A DNA stretch of 64,000 nucleotides. Origin: Candidatus Bathyarchaeota archaeon. Its GTDB lineage: Archaea; Thermoproteota; Bathyarchaeia; TCS64. This document shows positions 57,768 through 64,000 of this stretch, piece after piece; position 1 is the stretch's first letter, and the number at the start of each line of letters is the position of its first letter. The DNA is taken from assembly GCA_043826455.1 (NCBI GenBank), contig JBDRQD010000030.1, forward strand, positions 32,001 through 96,000. Direction: 5' to 3'. The notes beneath the pieces were generated by a model, which was not told the DNA's origin, ran no database searches, and saw only the letters and a program-made list of their open reading frames with translations. A program made the translations under genes and the position numbers.

Positions 57768-59909
57768 ATGTACAAGCTTAGAGCAATGACGGTTTTCTTA
57801 GTCGTTATTCTAGCATACACCATTGTTCCGCCACACTCGGTGGCCGCCGCCGCGCCCGAGGCTACACTCGTGGGAGGGCGGATAAGGCGAGACACCGTCT
57901 GGAGCCAGGAAAACAACCCCTACGTCTTGGAAGACGACCTCATCATCCCAGCCGGGGTCCGCCTAACCATAGAGGAAGGAGTCAAAGTCAACTTGACGCT
58001 GTGGTCGATCATCGTCGAGGGGGAGCTAAGAGCCGAAGGCGCCCCCGACAACAAGATATCGTTCCATATAACCATGCCGCCGCTTAAGGATAACAAGAAA
58101 GCGAGGATCTACTTCACCCCCGAGAGCCGCGCATACAGGGAAAACAACCAGGGGTGCATGATCGAGCACGCCCGCATAATCTGCGCGGACTACTCCATCA
58201 GTTACGGCGTGATCCATGCGAACCGGCTAAAACTCGACGACGTAGAAATAATCGGAGGATTATCCCACTGGAAAGAGTACGCCGTCAAGACCAACGGCAC
58301 CATCACCAACTGCCTTTTCGATGGCCTGTACAGGGGTATCATGATGAAGGAAGGAACCATCGCCTACAACAGGTTCCTGAACACGAGGTACGCCTCGGCA
58401 ATCAACATAGGAAACGGGGAAGTTAAGAACAACCTCATCGATGGGGGGCGAGGCGGAATAAAAGTAAAGAACGCACTGGTCAAGGGGAACACCATAATTA
58501 ACCAAGCAGGCTCAGGCATACACGTTAACAATTACGGCGCCCCATACGTCACTGGTAAACTATCTCCGATACTAACCCAAAACACCATCATGAAATGTGA
58601 GAAGGCAGTAATATTGTCAGGTGAAATAAAGCCGATAATAGTGAACAACGTATTCACTGACAACATGTACGGAGTCTGCTTTGAGGTCGACGCCTTCTAC
58701 AATGACGTCAAACCCAAGATAGAGTACAATGTATTCTATGGCAACGAGTACGATGTCTACAGCTACAAGGAAGACCCGAGAATAGAGGTAAACTTGGATA
58801 ACAACTGGTGGGGAACCACCGACCCCGCAGTGATTGATGAAAAAATATTTGACGTCAACGACAACCCGAGGCTCTGCTCAGTGATATACGCTCCCATCCT
58901 GAACGAGCCACCCAGATCATTACCCAAAGTATCATACCAGTTGACGGTAAACGAGCCCACCTCAATTGTTGAAATATTGAGCAGCGTAGATATAACTGGG
59001 AAGATCATCCCCCCCTTGACTGTGCTGAGCATACATGTCACATGTAATGGGCCTGATGGCGCAAGAGTAGAGAAGAAGGCGATTACAGACTCCGACGGAG
59101 AGTTCTCACTCCAGTTCACCCCGACCTCGGTAGGCGTCTGGGGCTTCACTGTGGCTCCGGAGGAAAACGGGTTGGTCGAGGCAAACCTCGTGGAAGTACA
59201 GGTATACGTGACCAAGATAAAAAGTGAGATCGACCTCAGTTACTCCCCTAAAATCTGCTTTGAGGGCGCTGGGGTCACTGTCAACGGTTTACTAATACCA
59301 GGCATGTATAACGAGAAAGTAGAGGCCAGCTTCCTATGCCCTGATGGGTCAGAGAATAGAGAAACCGCCCTCACGGATAGTGGAGGCGCGTTCATGTACA
59401 AGCCTAATGACGCTCAGCCGGGTGTCTACACGGTCACGTTGACGTGGCCAGGAACCAGCGAGTACCAAGGCGTCACAGAAACCCTCGTGTATAGAGTCCA
59501 TTCTCCAAGCACGTTGAACATGGTAATAATGGATGAGTCAGGGTCACCAGTTCAAAACGCTGCAGTAGCATCTACGACCCAGCCCGAGGGCCAGATAAGC
59601 CTCTCAGGAGTAACAAATCCACAAGGCGCTTTAACCTTTGATAAGATACTGTCAGGCTCCTACACCTTCCAGGTGGAAAAGCAAAACTATGAGCCGAGCA
59701 CAGTCTCATTAAATGTACCTGAAGGCGAATCAACGCACATCCAGTACGCCATAAAAAACAGAGCCGAGAACCCATCCACAGGCTCGCCTGCCTCAAGTGA
59801 TGGCTCAGGCTCGGAGGGTGACCCCTGGTACATGGGGTTCGTACCCAGCGCCCTAACATTCGTTGTTCTCATAACTCTATACGTCGTCTTGCATAGACTG
59901 AGGCGCTGA
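57768..59909 (+). CDS. Cell-surface protein: right-handed beta-helix, Ig-like domains, C-terminal TM
   Basis: NPYVL...GVRLTIEEG, Asn-rich repeats, NNWWGT, TDSDGEF, terminal hydrophobic helix + RLRR. Confidence 0.82.
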   Translation: MYKLRAMTVFLVVILAYTIVPPHSVAAAAPEATLVGGRIRRDTVWSQENNPYVLEDDLIIPAGVRLTIEEGVKVNLTLWSIIVEGELRAEGAPDNKISFHITMPPLKDNKKARIYFTPESRAYRENNQGCMIEHARIICADYSISYGVIHANRLKLDDVEIIGGLSHWKEYAVKTNGTITNCLFDGLYRGIMMKEGTIAYNRFLNTRYASAINIGNGEVKNNLIDGGRGGIKVKNALVKGNTIINQAGSGIHVNNYGAPYVTGKLSPILTQNTIMKCEKAVILSGEIKPIIVNNVFTDNMYGVCFEVDAFYNDVKPKIEYNVFYGNEYDVYSYKEDPRIEVNLDNNWWGTTDPAVIDEKIFDVNDNPRLCSVIYAPILNEPPRSLPKVSYQLTVNEPTSIVEILSSVDITGKIIPPLTVLSIHVTCNGPDGARVEKKAITDSDGEFSLQFTPTSVGVWGFTVAPEENGLVEANLVEVQVYVTKIKSEIDLSYSPKICFEGAGVTVNGLLIPGMYNEKVEASFLCPDGSENRETALTDSGGAFMYKPNDAQPGVYTVTLTWPGTSEYQGVTETLVYRVHSPSTLNMVIMDESGSPVQNAAVASTTQPEGQISLSGVTNPQGALTFDKILSGSYTFQVEKQNYEPSTVSLNVPEGESTHIQYAIKNRAENPSTGSPASSDGSGSEGDPWYMGFVPSALTFVVLITLYVVLHRLRR

Positions 59910-59987
59910 ATAACTACTGGTAGAGTAAGACTACATCCTCCTATGTTTCCCGGAAACCATTTAATGTCCTTCAGCCACACTTTAACC

Positions 59988-60248
59988 ATGTCCAAACCTT
60001 TAGTGAAAGTTGGTGAAATAAGCCACTACTACTCCAACATAGGTGTGGCCGTCGTCGAGCTGGCGGACACACTAAAAGTCGGAGACAGCATAACCGTGGC
60101 CGGCGCCACCACCGACTTCACCCAGGTGGTGAGATCCATGCAGATAGAGCATAAGCAGGTGGAGGAGGCCGGCGCCGGAGACTCCATAGGGCTCAAGGTG
60201 CAGGATAGGGTCCGTAAAGGAGACGTCGTGTACAGGACAAAAATATAA
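59988..60248 (+). CDS. Translation-factor-like beta-barrel small protein
   Basis: VGEISHYYSNIGVAVV...LKVGD...SMQIEH...GDSIGLKV. Confidence 0.8.
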   Translation: MSKPLVKVGEISHYYSNIGVAVVELADTLKVGDSITVAGATTDFTQVVRSMQIEHKQVEEAGAGDSIGLKVQDRVRKGDVVYRTKI

Positions 60249-60309
60249 CCCTTCTTTTTCACTGAGAAATAATGTGATAAGCGTGGTAACCCACATTATC
60301 TTGAGGACC

Positions 60310-60756
60310 ATGGTTAAGGCATTAGTACTTTACCACTCTCAGCAGCACGGTAACACTGATAAGATGGCCAAGGCAGTGGCCGAGGGACTGGAAGCGGAGG
60401 GATGCAAGGTGACCCTCCACAACGCCAACACGAAAAGGTACCCCATCGAGGAGTATGCCGACTTCGACGCAGTGGCCTTCGGGACACCGGACTACTTCAG
60501 CTACATCGCTGGCACCCTGAAGACCTTCATGGACGACTGGTACATCAACAGGAACAAGCCAGGTTACGCAGGCAAACCCTACGCCGTCTTCTACAGCCAC
60601 GGAGGGGGTGGCAGGGTCAAAGACTCCCTGTCTCTCTTCAGCAGGGTGGGATCACAGGTCGGCAAGGCGGTGGAGTCGAGCGGAGCACCCAGCAAGTCGG
60701 TGCTGGACCAGTGCAGGGCGCTGGGGGCTGAGTTGGCGAAAACCGCTAACAAATAA
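60310..60756 (+). CDS. Flavodoxin-like (WrbA-type) protein
   Basis: YHSQQHGNTDKMA, GTPDYF. Confidence 0.85.
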   Translation: MVKALVLYHSQQHGNTDKMAKAVAEGLEAEGCKVTLHNANTKRYPIEEYADFDAVAFGTPDYFSYIAGTLKTFMDDWYINRNKPGYAGKPYAVFYSHGGGGRVKDSLSLFSRVGSQVGKAVESSGAPSKSVLDQCRALGAELAKTANK

Positions 60757-60839
60757 ACCCTCTTTTTTCTGAGATATGATTTGTTATTCTATATCACTAC
60801 ACTCGAACCCTAATATCGAGTACTCCTGAAACAAGTGCA

Positions 60840-61751
60840 GTGATGAAGCCCCTCATCGTCGCATGTATCCCCGCGTATAATGAGAGCAAGTCTATAGCGG
60901 ACACAGTGAGCAAGGTATCAAAATACGTCGAGCATGTGATAGTGTGTGACGACGGCTCCAAGGACGGCACAGGAAAGATAGCCGAACAACATGGGGCTAT
61001 AGTTATCTGGAACCCCACAAACCTAGGCAAGGGCGCAGCCCTCAGAAACTGCTTCAAGACAGCCAAGAAGATATCAGCTGACGTCGTGGTCACACTGGAC
61101 GCCGACGGCCAGCACAACCCGGACGATATCCCCAAACTGATGAGACCCATAATGAGGGGCGAGACAGACTTAGTGATAGGCTCACGGTACCTTGAGGGCT
61201 CAAGCATGGACCCCCCGCTGTACAGGCGCGTGGGGTTGACGGTCATCAACTCCCTCGGCCAGTCCGCCATGGTATCTGTAAAGGACACTCAGAGTGGGTT
61301 CAGGGCCTTCAACAAGAAGGCGCTGGAGCTCTTCGCGGACTCCGATGAGCCAGGTTTCGGCGTAGAGTCAGAGCAACTGGCAATAGCCCGCCGGTTTGAG
61401 CTGAGAGTACAGGAGGTGCCCACCACCATCAGGTATGCGGGACTTGAGAACACCTCCAAGAAGGACCCTGTGGCCCACGGCCTGGAGCTCGTCACCGTGG
61501 CCATCAAGCTACTCATCCACGATAGGCCTCTCATGATGATCGGTTTCCCAGGGGCTCTGTTCATCGCTTCGTCTATAGTGGCAGGCTATCTTTTAGTCAA
61601 GGAGTTCAACCTGTACGGCTACTTCAGTGTCCCCATGGCTCTGATCACCTTCACTTTTCTAACCCTGGGCACTCTTCTGATACTCAGCAGCCTAATATTC
61701 TACGCGATATTCCTGCTGAAACTGGAGTTAAAGAAACTAAAAATCGAGTAA
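60840..61751 (+). CDS. Glycosyltransferase family 2 (DPM1-like) with C-terminal TMs
   Basis: IPAYNE, DDGSKD, DADGQH, GSRY, DTQSGFRAF. Confidence 0.92.
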   Translation: MMKPLIVACIPAYNESKSIADTVSKVSKYVEHVIVCDDGSKDGTGKIAEQHGAIVIWNPTNLGKGAALRNCFKTAKKISADVVVTLDADGQHNPDDIPKLMRPIMRGETDLVIGSRYLEGSSMDPPLYRRVGLTVINSLGQSAMVSVKDTQSGFRAFNKKALELFADSDEPGFGVESEQLAIARRFELRVQEVPTTIRYAGLENTSKKDPVAHGLELVTVAIKLLIHDRPLMMIGFPGALFIASSIVAGYLLVKEFNLYGYFSVPMALITFTFLTLGTLLILSSLIFYAIFLLKLELKKLKIE

Positions 61752-61883
61752 ACCCGTTTCAGCTACATTCTATAAAAATAGATTATTTTTAGGGTGATAT
61801 TCAGGCATATGGACACCTGTATTCTCTGTTCTTTAATTGTATTCCATATTTACACACAAGCTCTTTTCTCTTAATCATCTCGA

Positions 61884-63146
61884 TTGAAAGTCATGCCTTA
61901 CCTTGACAGTGACGCAGTCTTCGATGGTCTTCAAAGGTGTATCCGGTGTCTTCTACCTGACAGTTTCCCCTACATACGGTTCGATGATTCAGGAGTGTGT
62001 AACTACTGTCACAGCGACACTCGGTCCGTGGAGAAGGGTGAGACGGCTTTCACCAGTTTGCTGGAATATTACCGAGGTAAGGGAAGAGAATACGACTGCA
62101 TTGCACCCATCAGTGGAGGAAGAGACAGCGCCTACGTTTTACACCAGATGGTTACCAAGTATGACATGAGGACGCTGGCCCTCACTGTTGACAGCGGCTT
62201 CATCACCGACGAGGCTCTGAACAACATTGAAACCATCACCAGCAGCCTCGGCGTCGATCACGTTTGGATCAGAGAAGAAAATCAGATACGGATAGCCAGG
62301 AAAAACACCGCGATAAAATTCCAAGGCTGGCTTAGGAACCCATCCATTCACAACGTTGTGCCCGTCCTTAACAGTGGAGACAAGGTCATGAACCTCAGAA
62401 TGTTCAGGTACGCTTCACAAAACGAAATACTGCTTCTACTAGGAGGCAACGTGGTTGGCACCAGCACCTACGAGCACGGTAACTCGCGGACAGGATACCT
62501 GGGAGTGTTCCCCGACAACCACGGAGTCTACTCCTTCACCGACAAGATACGGCTAATACTATACTACGGCTGGGACTTTTTATCCAACTCCTATAACTGG
62601 TACCCGAGTATCTTCACGGAGTACCTCACTGGAGCCGCCGTCTACTTCTTCGACCAGCTTCTCAAGCCGAGAGACGTAGAGATGGTCGGATTCTACGACT
62701 ACCTGCCGTGGAACGAGAAGCAGATAGTCAGCACCATCAAGAAAATCGGTTGGCGGGGCGCTGACGACACCACTACGACTTGGAGGATCGACGACTCAGC
62801 TTACTCGGTGATCAACTACCTGTACTTCTACCTGGCAGGGATCGATGAACACGTAGAGCTCTACAGCAAGATGATCCGGGCAGGACAGATAACACGAGAC
62901 GAGGCGTATGCCCGGTGCAGAAGCGACTCGAATCCAAGGATTCCCAGCCTGGAGAAGGCCTGGAGGGGGCTTGGGGTCACCGAGGAGCAGGTCGATAAAG
63001 CTCTTAATAAGTATAGGGAGAAGATGATTAGACAATACCTGAAAGGAACGAGCTTCGAGAGATGCGTGTCCTCATACTCGCCCAGTACTTCCCCCCCGAC
63101 CTTGGAGGCTCCTCAACCAGAGCCTACAACGTTGCACGGGGGCTAG
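61884..63146 (+). CDS. N-acetyl-sugar amidotransferase-like PP-loop ATPase (WbuX-like)
   Basis: CIRC...CNYC, ISGGRDS, IRAGQITRDEA. Confidence 0.78.
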   Translation: MKVMPYLDSDAVFDGLQRCIRCLLPDSFPYIRFDDSGVCNYCHSDTRSVEKGETAFTSLLEYYRGKGREYDCIAPISGGRDSAYVLHQMVTKYDMRTLALTVDSGFITDEALNNIETITSSLGVDHVWIREENQIRIARKNTAIKFQGWLRNPSIHNVVPVLNSGDKVMNLRMFRYASQNEILLLLGGNVVGTSTYEHGNSRTGYLGVFPDNHGVYSFTDKIRLILYYGWDFLSNSYNWYPSIFTEYLTGAAVYFFDQLLKPRDVEMVGFYDYLPWNEKQIVSTIKKIGWRGADDTTTTWRIDDSAYSVINYLYFYLAGIDEHVELYSKMIRAGQITRDEAYARCRSDSNPRIPSLEKAWRGLGVTEEQVDKALNKYREKMIRQYLKGTSFERCVSSYSPSTSPPTLEAPQPEPTTLHGG

Positions 63147-64000
63147 TGCTTAACGGCGTAAACACGACGGTGGTGACGTCATACCCTCACTACCCGCACG
63201 GCGTCATATCTAGAGAATACGCTTGGAAACCTTATGCTGTTGAGCAGATGAACGGAGTCAAGGTAATCAGGACATTCATGATACCCCTGGAGTCAAAGGG
63301 CCTAATGAGACGATTAGTCACGTTCATCGCCTTCATCATAAGCTCACTTCAGGGGCTCCTGCTCGTCAGAGACATCGATGCTGTGTTGGTGGCCAACCCA
63401 GACATCTTCGGAATAATACCTGGAATAGTCTATAAGCATGTTCACAGGTGCCCCATAATATTCAATGTCGATGACCTCTCCATCGAGGACGTCGAAAACC
63501 TGAAGATGATGGAGGCACAATCCCTGCCCTTTAGGCTGGTTAAACGCGTCTCAAGCCTACTGTACAGGATGGTGGACGCTGTTACGCCGATAAGCCCAGG
63601 GTATCTTGAAGGCATACAACGGTTGGGAGTACGGAAGGGAAGGATATATCCCGTCCTGGGCGGGGTTGACCTCGACGTTTTCAAACCTCAACAAGGAACC
63701 ATGTCCAGTGTCTTCACCGTCGCCTACAGTGGCTCCTTCTCGGTTGCCTACGACTTCGACCAGGTATTGGATGCCGCTGAGCTCCTCAGCGGAAAAAATA
63801 GCGTTGTCTTCATGATTCAGGGTAAAGGAGAGCTGGGAGAGGAACTTCAAAGGAAGGTATCGGCGAGACGCATTAGTAACGTCCAGTTAATCGATAAAAT
63901 ATTGACCCGCGACGAGGTCTCCGGCTTACTCGGCCAAGCTGACGCCCTGATCCTTCCCCTCAGAGACTTTGGCGCACCATACAGGGGCATCTCATCCAAG
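63062..64000 (+). CDS. Glycosyltransferase family 4 (WbuB-like), runs off window end
   Basis: Manual translation MRVLILAQYFPPDLGGSSTRAYNVARGL...YPHYP...GGVDLDVF. Confidence 0.85.
   Translation, partial: MRVLILAQYFPPDLGGSSTRAYNVARGLVLNGVNTTVVTSYPHYPHGVISREYAWKPYAVEQMNGVKVIRTFMIPLESKGLMRRLVTFIAFIISSLQGLLLVRDIDAVLVANPDIFGIIPGIVYKHVHRCPIIFNVDDLSIEDVENLKMMEAQSLPFRLVKRVSSLLYRMVDAVTPISPGYLEGIQRLGVRKGRIYPVLGGVDLDVFKPQQGTMSSVFTVAYSGSFSVAYDFDQVLDAAELLSGKNSVVFMIQGKGELGEELQRKVSARRISNVQLIDKILTRDEVSGLLGQADALILPLRDFGAPYRGISSK

Overview
Archaeal DNA, most likely Bathyarchaeia. This is inferred from gene content: pyrrolysine-free MtmB homologues, DUF5752, a membrane-anchored S-layer-type protein, and archaeal TATA/oligo-T signals. 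The window has three zones. (1) 1-16 kb, metabolic: partial glpK, a deaminase, a creatininase-family hydrolase, an M19 dipeptidase, and a corrinoid methyl-transfer cluster (three Pyl-free MtmB-like genes, one corrinoid protein, one RACo-type activator). (2) About 16-46.4 kb, accessory/cell-surface: about nine toxin-antitoxin pairs plus decayed ones, a large surface protein, flippase and sugar-nucleotide genes, and gene fragments. Its non-coding DNA is unusually structured: six intergenic copies of the perfect 14-bp palindrome TATTGGTACCAATA, three diverged copies of a ~250-400 bp non-coding element next to TA loci, a ~30-unit 11-bp-period tract, a G-rich 12-bp-period tract, an IS200/IS605-end-like hairpin, and two cases of 'gene - TA - 3' piece of a homologous gene'. 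(3) 46.5-64 kb: a CoA-transferase/CitE/glycyl-radical-enzyme operon, ThDP and PLP enzymes, surface proteins and the start of a glycosylation cluster. No rRNA, tRNA, CRISPR array, integrase or transposase was recognised. All family calls come from motif recognition by eye; no searches were run.
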